From positions 1 to 64,000 of the forward strand of contig KZ538173.1 of assembly GCA_000934665.2 (NCBI GenBank): a stretch of DNA of 64,000 nucleotides, in the 5' to 3' direction. How positions within the stretch are numbered: position 1 is the stretch's first letter; each line of letters opens with the position of its first letter. This DNA comes from Catajapyx aquilonaris. Lineage: Eukaryota. Positions 1 through 11,300 of the stretch are shown one piece after another. Below the pieces are notes generated by a model. It searched no databases. It was not told where the DNA came from and saw only the letters and a list, made by a program, of their open reading frames with translations. The position numbers were made by a program, and so were the translations under genes.

Positions 1-1000
1 TTACGCAATCGCTACTTTATAAATATAAAATGCACCATCATTATTAATATTATATTATCAATATTATCATATTATGTATAGATATCGTAGTTTTTTTTCA
101 CCCTATTGCAGGTATACTCACGGAAGAGGTCGTGTCCCATAGTGAGTGTGTGAAGTGTGTTGACCAGTCTTACTGTGAAGCTTGCCATGAGAACTGTTCC
201 TATTTCACGCGCACTGACAATAACCTGGAAAAGAGTTTGTACCGGAGAAGGGGGAAAAGTTGATAAGAGTTTTTTTTTTTTTCGTCTGGGTCAAAAATCT
301 GTCTATCTGTGAGGGCACTTCTTCCGGATATCACACACATCACTTAGGTCCATTATCTTCCGCGTAATCATTGTTGAGAGTCTGATGCTGCTACACCGGT
401 ATAGGAAGAGGAATAATTGGACTAATGGGCAAGAACGGCACTGGGTTTTTCTGACTGATGTTGTGGTGGTAGTAGTTGACAGTTGATATGCAGTGTTGCC
501 AAGGTAGCCGAGGGATCCTGCAGCAGCTCACAGGCCGGGGCAGTAACCATTGGCTCCCTTGCAAGACGCATGTAGTGATCGACTAAAAGGATAAGAAGAG
601 AGATTGGGGTTATCATTTGTATTATAATTTGATGAAATTATGTTACCAGCATGTGTAAATATGACAATGTTTACAAATGTTGCAGTTAAGTTATTATTGG
701 GAAGAAGGTTGCAAGTTAGCAAGTTTAAGCAAGAAATGCGTATAGTGTACAAGCATAATGCAAATAATTTCTCACTTTTGCGTCTGAACTAGCTAAACAA
801 AATGGCGCAGAAGCACTTCTAAGCTACAAAGCGGAAGAGAGAAACAGCTACGTAGAGACCTACCATACCAGATAGCCCCGAGGCTAGGGATAGATAGGCC
901 CAAGGTATACCTAAAAACAAGAAGTTGCCATTTTCTCCGTAAGAAGTCTTCGGGGTTTTGTGCCGAAATGTCGGTCTTCCAGAGGGCGTGGAAATTGACG

Positions 1001-1040
1001 TCACTGCTGCGCGCGCCTGTAGTAGAGGCACTGAGGACAT
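1001..1040 (-). CDS. drm: drm last coding exon, (R)[12 protein letters not shown]
   Basis: Polypyrimidine plus CAG acceptor at 1043-1041. 40 nt completes the second finger, TGA at 1003-1001. Confidence 0.9.
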
Positions 1041-2854
1041 CTGTTGGAGAAAACAGCAACCTCTTGTTATTAGGTAAATCCTTCCGGTGGGCTCTGCGGT
1101 GGTCAGATTGGGTGTGTTCTAATCCATTAATGACGTCACTCATCTTTCTGATGAAAACAAAAAATTGAAAAATACTTGGCAAATAAATATTAAGTTAAGC
1201 ACTTTGGTAGCAAACGGCATACCAGAGCTCCAGAACCCGAAACCAGCAGAAAGAGAACAAAAGGTCATGCTTGCAAGATGTGACCCAGGCTTGGCGTCAT
1301 CATGGACAGTTTCCATACCCAATCCACCATTAGTGTTAGTACAGTCTTAAATGCGTTATACCGAACACTTTTCCACAGAGCCACCAAGAAATCACAATAT
1401 AAAATATGTACATATAAAACACATTTATATACAAACATGGAATGTAAAATCAAAATTTAAATCGCTGAAAATAATGGTTAAATTAGACACTGCATACCTG
1501 AAACAAATTAATACCACACAAACCCTATATCACTCAATGCGTTAATTTTTTACCCTCATTAACCAGTGATAAATCGACCCTATTATACGCTTGTAATACA
1601 CGACATTGCAATTGAAACCCTAATCTGGCCTATTAGTATCGTTATTTGACCTCTCCTCCGGTTGCACGCCATAAATTTTCGGAATCGTCACGCAAACGCA
1701 GGTATACCGGCATCCGAAATAACCAACCCGGTAATTAATGAACTGGGGCAAATATTTGCCCAGGGCTGGACCAGATTCCAGCAGATATGTTTCAGCCTTG
1801 CCCAAAGCGGCTTTCTTCCTGTCCCATAAAATCATTACACGCTCGCGTTCATTTTGTCAATGATGACTTGGTTGGCCCAGCTGGAATCGATGATTAGACA
1901 CTTCTGAAAAATGATCTAATTCTCCTACACTTAATTATACTTAAACAGCCAGAACTGGTTGCTGAATTTAAACGATGTCTTTTTTTTTTGCTACCCTGTT
2001 GTTTCACGAAGGCGACGCAATTCCGTGTGATCGTCTTTTGAATATTCAGTGGTTTGTTCGGTCCAGCCCAACAGGGCAGCCTCGATCTTTACGTTCATAT
2101 GTGACTCATCAAAACAGTAAATAAAAAAAAGAAAATAGCCTTCACCATTGCTGGCGTGGTTCTATTCACTGCTTAGAAATTTATGACCAATGCTGTCTGA
2201 ATCTTAACTAGACTTATGGAGACATTGTTCTCCTCCGCGCCTGACCTCTTATGGATTTACCGTATTTCCTAAACAAACGCACAATGTAAGCATTGCCAGG
2301 ATTGACTTCTGAAAATGCCATATTGTCACCTTTTCCGTAATTTCGTAAAAGCAAGGACGGCTGGTTGGGACCGGCCAGTAGACCAAGGACCACAATCACG
2401 TCACATGTGCACGCCCGGAGTGAAGATGTTTATGTCTTTTTGAGGCAGAAGTCGTGTCGTACACCCCACATTGGAAGCGATTGCTTCACCGTCTGTAATA
2501 TATACACACGAGATGGGTGGAGGGCAACATCAGCAGCCATCGAGAATGACCTCTGATTCATCCCTATCGTACCGCCCTTCTTGACTTGCCGCAGAGGCAG
2601 AAACAATCGACATGCAACATCCCACCTTACCTGTGCTGTTTGAGGTTGTCCTGCCTCTTGAAGGTCTTGCCGCAGACTTCGCAGGTGTATGTGACATCAT
2701 CCTTGTGGGTGCGCTCGTGGATCATGAGGTTGTAAGGCTTGGTGAACCGACGCTGGCAGTAGCGGCAGATGAACTCACTCTTGGTCCTCATCTTGCGTCG
2801 GAATTCCCTGGTGGAGTTGCGTTCCTCAGTGTCTATTGGCATTATGGCGAACAT
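1001..2854 (-). CDS. drm: drumstick, odd-skipped family zinc-finger protein, 87 aa; join(2854..2631,1040..1001)
   Basis: Spliced translation [87 protein letters not shown] closely matches Drosophila Drm as I recall it (MFAVMRID...[33 protein letters not shown]...HRCSQC). Donor AG|GTAAG at 2631/2630, acceptor TTTTCTCCAACAG|A at 1041/1040, phase 2 on both sides. Confidence 0.95.
2631..2854 (-). CDS. drm: drm first coding exon (C2H2 finger 1 and most of finger 2)
   Basis: ATG at 2854, 74 codons plus 2 nt, GTAAGG donor. The exon probably begins at the strong acceptor CTTTCACTGTTCTTCCAG|G at 3095/3094. Confidence 0.95.
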
Positions 2855-5809
2855 TGGAGCGAGGAATCTCGGTGCCTGTCGTCGGCGTCTCGCGGTAGAA
2901 AAATAATGGCTCCAGCAAGGTGGATGAAGCAAAAGGTCGGGTGGGTCAGCACTGGTTTCCGGTAGCAGTTCCGGAGGTCAACGTTGTAGGTTTTTCAGGG
3001 GGACAGTCGACACACAGCGACAGCTCCCTCTCCCATCCAAAAAGTCAAGAAGAAGAAGCTCCCAAGGGGGAAGAGCCGAACCAACCCTCGTAACCTGGAA
3101 GAACAGTGAAAGGTGAAGAACCAGTTGATGATGAGTGGATCAGGTCCCGTACACTTTCAGTAACTCACCCTGGTTTTTGGGGTCGCGCGAAGGCTGGCAG
3201 GTCAGGTTTTCATCTCCAAAGGTCAAAAGCGGAGACGGGGAAGTAAGTGGGAAGTCGGGGTGGGGGAGGAGTCAAGGTGGCTCCCGCAGCTCTCTCTTTA
3301 CACCTTTGACCTTGCCGGGTCACATAGGTACAGACAGCGGACAGGGTTATAATTTGCTCTCATTTGCCTCAACATGTTAATAAGCCGATTAGAATATTAT
3401 TAAGGGTTAAAGGTACTCGTACCGCACCTTCTTAGTATGCTTCACCAGCACAGTATTTTCGCCTGAAAAATTGCCTCTCGAGTACCTCAGAAGCTGTTCC
3501 TCATGTCTCCTGTTTATTCACTCCTTTCCTGCATCATCTGTTTTTCCTTATCGCTTGTGTCACCCTTACGATCTCTCCAGTTGCCTCCTCATTCTTGCAT
3601 ACAAGTTTCCCTAACTAAGCCCGTATATAGCCATGTACAAACGGTAGTTCACAACTACAAACCAATCGTGTCTTACCCACCCAAGAAATGGCCTGTTTAA
3701 CTTTCCACGATTCGACGGGCGTATAAAAACTCGTTAGTTGATTGCAGAAGTTAATAGGCAATTCTGGTCATTTCTAGTTTTTAATGGCAGAGGGTGTCTG
3801 CAATTTTTTTTTTTGTAGACTTGTTGTCCTCCTGGTAAAGCCACTGCACGGTAGCAGTCCCTGGTTTTTGTGGGTTGCCATCGCCATCAGAAAGGGAAAG
3901 TGAGTTGGTGACGCCTATATGGAGGCCGCCGAATGAACAGAAGCAGGTGTCATCTCCACCCCCCGAGGAATCTCAAGAAAAGGGAAAGTTGGGTCAAGTA
4001 CCCATGCCGCTGTCCAGGAAGCTGTTTGGGCGACACTCCAAGTGTGTTTGCTTGCACCTATCCGGCTAGTTTTCATATAGATAGTTTATACAAAGTATAG
4101 CTTCACGAAAGTGCAAAATTGGTGGAAATTACGATATTTATATCACAAGAACGGCTACGTATGGAAATAGCGTTTAAGAAATCGCTATAAGCTATTTTAT
4201 ATTTTCACATGCGGTGAAAAATTTGTCGGAACAATTTATTGAACTATAGTGTGAGTCAACAGAAATCTATTTTGGTGATGTTAGCCTATAGAGAGTGAGG
4301 GGGCAAATCAGTCAAGGATTTCGCCTAACTACGCAACATACTGTATGTACAAGCGTGTAAGATCACAGGCCATCGAAGGTCGTCTGCAATTATCCAATCG
4401 CCGCCCTGGCAAAAGCACGGGAGTCGACGAGTCTTTTCCTTGGCGGTAGGAACGAAAATAGCGGGTTAAACCTCACGCAACTGTTATTAAAAGGGAGTTT
4501 CGCGGGAAGAGCGAAAAAGATAGAGCCCAGCTCACTAAAATCTACACGAAAGTCACCTATCATTACCCTCGCAACTACATGAAGTGCTCTTTAAACTGAA
4601 AAACAGTTTAATTCTTTGCCCACAGAAAAAAAAAATCATAGTTGGGAGACCAATTTAGAGGCACTCTGGTCCAATTTTTAGGTATAATGTTTGCGACCCC
4701 TCAGCATGATGACATGTTGCGTGTTATAGCCTGGACTTCGAAGGTGGCCAATTTTGACCCACTGAAGACCTTCTGAGGCGCCATGTCTGCAGACATCGCC
4801 CTGAACCACCCATTTTATTAACTAATATTTTCAGACTTGGAGGGGGAGGAGGGAGGTTGAAATTCTTGTAGGCTACAAAAAGTAGGCCTATTGCAGAAAG
4901 GATGCAAAGCTTCACCGTCAATACCTGTCAATCGTAGCTATTTTCTTCCCCTTTCACTCATCACCGTAGAAGAAGGTGATGGCTGAAGCCGACTGCCAAT
5001 CCATCATCGTTCTCCAAAGGTTGTAGGGGTAGAATGGATAGAAAAGGCCAATTGGGGTTCCTGTACATGGCAACCCTCAAGTTCCAAAAAATAAATGAGG
5101 AGGTGTGGATTGGCTTTCAAAAGCGCCCTTAATCCTCGATGGCAGGTCATATTCAGAAAAATTGCTTCTCATCACATGAGGCAATATTGCGTATTTGATA
5201 GTTGAAGTGTCACAGTTCTAGTTTCAAGTCGAGTTATGTCCACCCTATCCACTTTCACTAACACCGTTTGCCGCTGCTGGTGGCTTCTTGCTCAGAAACT
5301 AGTCTAGTGGTCGTGGGAAAGGCGTTGATCGTCGTGTGTTTTCACGGCCAAGGATGATTCACCTACTTTCGCTACACCCGCCCACTATCGGGACTGATCG
5401 AGTGTGGGAACTTTGCACATATTGCACTTGGAATTTGGAATCCGTGTTACATTACGTTTACCGGATGAGAGTACCAGAATCCAAGGAATTGGCTACCCGA
5501 CAAGTCACCCGTTCTTCCTAAGGTGTTGCAAACCGGTTCAAATCTTGGAATTGTTGCGCAATGCGGATGGGTAATGCACGGCAGCAAAAAACTCCAACTA
5601 AATTCTTGGAATTGTTGTAAAAATAATACAGCAAGTCACGCGAACATTCTAATGAGGAAAGGTTAATAATTTAGATCGTGTTCCGTTGAACCTGTCAAAT
5701 ATTCCGATCTAATTTTGAGTCACGATTTGAGAGCTTAAAAATTCGATTAAATTTTTTTTTGCATTTTTTCCGATTTATTCACTCAAATATTTTAGTATGC
5801 GAGGCAATT

Positions 5810-6070
5810 CAGATTTCCTTAACAACCACCTTATCTCTCACCACCTTAAGTGACTTTGTATAATTCCACCGAAACATGATATCCGCTGCTGCAAAAATCC
5901 TGTCGCCTAAGCTCCGACGCACAATTCCTCCAACTTGGAAACTCCCTCTTTGAACACATGTTAACGTCACTCCTTTTGGCTTTTTGTTTAAGACCAGCTT
6001 CCGAGCCAAAATTAATGAAACAGTATCCCTGCACGTAGGCGCGTATAATAAATGTTGTATACTGTACTGC
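5810..6070 (-). mobile_element. decayed mariner-like transposase C-terminal remnant
   Basis: HLLYAPT...KKPKGVTL...RWNYTKSLKVVRDKV loosely follows the mariner HPPYSPD...LKG.RF...RW.KC...GDYVE layout. Highly degenerate, judged by eye. Confidence 0.35.
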
Positions 6071-9000
6071 CCTGTTACACGAAGAGGCAAAAAGAGGACC
6101 AATTCCACGTGGGTGCAGCAGCCAGAAAGGCCAGTCAGAATGTGGCCTGAAAACAAAAAGACGTAAGCTCGTTACGGAAACGAGATGGTGAAGAATAAAA
6201 ACGCAAGGGGGTGGGTTAAAGTTGTGGGGGGAAACGGTATGTCACTAACCCCGCCAACTACGCATGTGTGGGTGGACTTCTTTTGTGAGAAGAAGCTGGC
6301 CGATGTCCCAGGGTGAGGCCCCAGCAAAGGAAACCCTTATTCCCTTTTAGGGCTTGACGCCTGGAAATTAATTACTCAAATAGCAGCACTACCTTCTTCT
6401 TCTCACACTTTCCACGTGTGAGGCCCGATGATGATTTGACCCTCCCTCTTTAGTTTATGTCGCGGCCATTTCTTCTTCCATTTTTTTTTTTTTTTTTGGG
6501 TAGTTTCTTTGGGGGGGCGTTGTGGCCAGGAAGAAACCGATGGAAGGATAGACAGGGTTTCGCACTTGGAGCCACTCCCATCTTCATGTCGGACGTGGGG
6601 ATCCCTGTGTTTCAAGGACTGACCTATGGCCTGATCGATCGACCGCCGCTTTGTCTTTTCAGGTAATCAGATATGGCCGCCGGGTTGGATGAATCAATTG
6701 ATCAGGGACAGCAAGGTGGGAATGGCCATTTGTTAAGATGTAAAACTAAATCAAGACGCACTAGATGTGCGTGTTTGTAGTTGGAATAGTGGCGTTTGAT
6801 AAATTATTTTTTGTCAACGTGAGGTCACCTCTATTGGAATTACACCGCACTCCGAATGACTAGATTAGGAGGTATATGCTATCAGTATAGCGGCCCTCCG
6901 TGATACGTAACAGTAATCCCCCAATAATTATCAAATACGGTAGGCCTAATGTTAATATTTGCAGATGAGTCGGACATGCAGACAAGAATATACTATAGAT
7001 TCATTCTAAGACACCTCCAATATTTACGTTGTTGTCCGATAATAGTTATTTGCTTCAAATATATATTCATTACAATTTCAATTAATTTAAAATTGAATTG
7101 TCATATAATAAATATATTATTGATAACAATATATGATGGGCCAACAACAAATTCAGTATATTACTCCCATTGAAAGTATTGTACAGTGCATCACCTCTGA
7201 GCTCCTATGCACACTGTATTAGCCGTGTTGGACGATTGATTCGACTTCATAATATCCGAAGGCAGAAAATTTCGGAAATGATTAAGTCAATGATCTGTTT
7301 CATAATCGGACCTTCAACGTAATTGCAAGTGCTTAATTTTTAACAATATATGCATTTTTCTGTTATCACCAGATCCACATTAATGACTATGATTGTGCCG
7401 ACTCATCGTTATACTAACTCAGAGTCTCTGAACATAAATTCGCGTTGCTATTTCTTTTAAGTGTATAGTCAAAATGTCAAATGAGAGCAACTAAAAGTAA
7501 TTGTGCATTTAACTTCCAGCGAGGATGATCAATATGCACATTAATTTCCTGAATTAACATATAGTTTTCGCATTGTGATGATAGACATCTCACTTACTGT
7601 ACAATAAACATATTGTTGTCCCTCATACGGCAGTGAGAATCTTACGGTCATTGCGGGACAATCGATGTTGAATAGTTATGGTGATAAGATCGGATCATTT
7701 TAATTAAGGCCGAGTCATTTGTACGTATAATGATATTTTGCGGGTTGCATTTGTTTAATTTATATTCGTGGGCATGGCGTAGCTTTCATGAAAACAATAT
7801 CAAACTCGTTTATACGTTGAGCGAATCACAATTAATATTATAAACTTCCTGACTTACGTAGAATTTTCTATAGAAAAGTTAGACAATATTGCTGCACCAT
7901 CCGAACTGAGAGGAAGTATTGTATTCCGCTGAACAGTGCGTACAAAAGCGCCCTTATCAAGTCTATTCTCAATTTTAAACTGTTTCCTAATTTTAAAATC
8001 ACAATTAGCAAATGCCACTTTCATAAAGGAATAATACTGTAGTTAAGTATACATGAAACGCTAGCGATATGGTTTCAATCAACTCTCATTTCGTTGCAGC
8101 AATGTTACACATTATTTTTCAAGTAAGAATTTTACTTCACGCAATTTTAAAATTTTAATTCGACATATGCAACTAATATAAATGGGCCAAAAATTATCTT
8201 CGCTTCAATAAGTGAGATTTATATCGATTCAAAGTGTCGCTTCATGCTGGCAGCATGATGTGAAATTTATGGGGCTCTGCCCTCTCATGGGGTATATCGA
8301 AAATCAAATGAATAATTAATTTTGGTGAAATAATTATATAATAGTGATGCATTCGCAATGTGTCAGAACACCGGGTTACATGACTGATAAGGCAAAAAAC
8401 TTGCCAACAATAACTCCAAAATTTCAGATGAAATCCGACAGACGAAGGCCAACTCGCACGAAATACCTAGGACGTATCAATGCGGCTAATGAGGTTGGAT
8501 TTGGTAGATTCCGAATCAGGAGTCGACGTCCATCAGGCCAAACAGATAAACCATAACGGCACAAGCCCCTCTGCCTTTTCCCTGACAGGGTAAGTTGACA
8601 TTGATGCCTTCGGGTTCGTCATCAGAGAGACCCCGCATCCTCACCCTTATCTGTCGGTCTGTTGACAGTGACAAGAGCTGGGCAGGTCCTGTAATGACAT
8701 CCTCGCCTTCTTTCTCTCTCCTTTTCACAGATTCCTCCAAGGCCTCAGGTTCCGGCTGTTTGCCATAGGAAGCGGAAGTGATAGTAACCAAAGAAAATTT
8801 TTATCTTTTTCCCCCACACCGGAATGGGATACAAAATAAACATATCGGTTGTCACTCCACCCTGTTCCAAGGGTCGCAAGGGATCCTCCCTGACCACACG
8901 AAAACTTTAACACAAAGAAAGGTGTCTGTATCTATTGACGTAAAATAAATATCCGTTTCTTGACTGGCAGCTTTACAAGTCCATATACTCATCATTTGTA

Positions 9001-10520
9001 TAGAAAGCAACATCGCGACATCAATGGTGACAAACGACCTGTCTATTGCGCAGGGGCCTAAACAGTTGCAAACTCAAGATGGCGTTACATTGCTTTCTGG
9101 CCAATTTGGCAGCAATCGGTTCCCACGCCGGGTGCCCTCCCCGTCCATAAACCACGGCATTCCTAGCTGGGGGCCGTAGTCCAAAAACCCGAGTCCAAAT
9201 TATAGGTTGTCCGGAGCCAGCCGAGGAAGGTCGGCCGGAACATTGTTCCAGTAGCCATACTCTAAGAAACGGGGGAATCCGGATGGTAATTTCTAGTCCC
9301 TGGTCACACCACGACCTCTTTTATGACCGGACTCTTCCTGCTGACTGATTTATAGTTCTAAGGATCATCAGACATTATGGGTCTCGCTGATGATAACGAC
9401 AATCTGGCTACTGCACTCTTTTTGGTGGCCCATTACTTATGGCCGCGCCGCCCTTTTCATGTCGACTCCTCCATGGAGGAGAAGAGAGAGGCCATCATCC
9501 TTCCTTCATGTATCTCTCCCACTTTTCATCACTGCCTCCTCACGCAATTCGCGCCTCCTTATGCAAATAGGGTACTCTGTCGGCTTTTCTTTCCCGTGAG
9601 ACTCTAATCATTGGATTGTGGTCCGATCGGAACATCCCAGGAAATTCTACTAAAATTGCTTCCGACATTTTGCGTGCAACAACTATTAACTATTTCAACA
9701 GTAAATTAGTAACACCGAGCAAGCGTCACTGTCACTCTCTAATCGGATTATCCGCATCATTGACAAATCGAGCTTAAAAATGGCGTCCACACAGTAGCCA
9801 CGATTCAAGGAAAACACCCTCTGTATTACACTCTGATTACCTCGAAAACGCGTGAACAGGTAGTCTAAACCCACCCTAGCACAAAAACAGGTATTAAATA
9901 AGAGCATCCACCCTGCAGCATTTTTAAAAAAAGCTACCGGAATTGATCAATTAATTTGCGTAAAGCGGGACCAAAGTGTAAAAAGAACGGTCAAAAAAAA
10001 AAAAAAACGGTTGAGTTAAGGGTGGGTCTGAAGAAGTGAGTGGATGAGGGGGGTGGGAAAGGAAAAACCAGGTAGCAGGTAGCAGCTCCCTGTTCTGAGC
10101 GTGTTTTCTCGCGCGAGGGAGCCAGCTACTGGGTTTGAAGAAAAGAGTTTGCCCTTAGGCTGACTCTTCACAATTTGGTGTTGCTGCTGGGGTCCAGATT
10201 GGTGAGGGATTTCAAAAGGGGGCGGGAAGAATTGCCGTTTTCAACATGACGAATTTAAAGACCCCAAAAATTCGGGTGACGGATTATGGAGGTGCGTCGA
10301 ACATGACATGAGGGTCGACTTTGTACATTAGGGTGCTATAGAAATTCATATGGTTTGTACACATTGTTTAATACCCTTTGAGGTACCTGAGAATACAAAA
10401 ATTATTGGGCTGATTCAAATGTATCTTGACATACCATCATATGTGTCAACTGCGCACCTCCATGTCCGTATGGTTGATAACATCCCTTAGTCCCTCCCAA
10501 AGAAGCTAATGTGAACTCAC

Positions 10521-11300
10521 CTTCCTCAGGAGCAGCAGCTCGTCGAAGACGAACCAGTTGCACGCCAAAAAGGAGCCTAAAGGAGCCAAGAGTGGACTGG
10601 ACTGGCCTGTGCTGTGTTGGAGGACAGAGAAGAAGCCTCGTCTACCTTGCTTTCCTTTCTCGGGGGGCCCTTCCACCACCACCTCCTCTACCACCACCGC
10701 CACCAACCACCACCACTACCACCTCTTCCCTCCTCTGACAATCCCCCGGGGTGCTTTTACTCCTACCCGGAGCCGTGGGAATTGAACAGTAGTAAGTTAC
10801 ACTACCGAGCTGTGGATGCGAAGCTCCGCCTCCCAGCTGTCTAATGATTGGTGATTGAATAATCGTGACCGCCAAAGTCAATTATAATTGGTAGTTTGTG
10901 TAACGGAGTGAACACCGTGAGTGGGTGGAACCTACCTCCCCCCCACCTACACCCCATTTTACTTCAAGTTTTTTTTAAAAAAGGTGGGGGTGGATAGGCA
11001 ATGGAGGTGGATAGGCAATGGGGGTGGATAGGCAATGGGGGGGAGTTAGTTTTTTTTTATCCGTTTAGGTTCAAGTTGAACGTTAGCTAAAGGGGAGTCA
11101 ACCCTAATGTTCCATGGGAAAGGCCATAATGTTCAAAGAATAGCTGGAGGGTAGATATTGGGCATATTTTTTGGAGGTTAAAGTTAGCGAGGGCGGAGTC
11201 GTCTAGGGTTGGGTTTTTTTATATGTAGGGGGGTTGATATGATGTTTTGTCTCCAGCTTCTGGTGAGAATGTGGGGCGGGTAAGCTGATTGGTCGGGCAG
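10521..11300 (-). promoter_or_regulatory. drm: candidate drm distal promoter and non-coding first exon
   Basis: Consensus donor AAG|GTGAGT at 10521/10520. Upstream on the minus strand: TATAAAA 11223-11217 and CCAAT 11292-11288. GC box at 11273-11280. Would splice to the acceptor at 3095. Confidence 0.55.
10989..11039. repeat. 17-bp tandem repeat x3 (GGTGGATAGGCAATGGR)
   Basis: Three adjacent copies read directly from the sequence. Confidence 0.9.

Noticed and set aside
100..340. miR-92-like and K-box seed matches in the drm 3' region
   Set aside because: Single 6-7-mers are expected by chance, and the UTR end is not defined in the window.
2855..2932. N-terminal extension of the drm ORF in the ORF track
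   Set aside because: It begins at a non-ATG codon. Similarity to Drm starts at the ATG at 2854.
2612..2965. 117-aa plus-strand ORF
   Set aside because: Antisense shadow of the drm exon.
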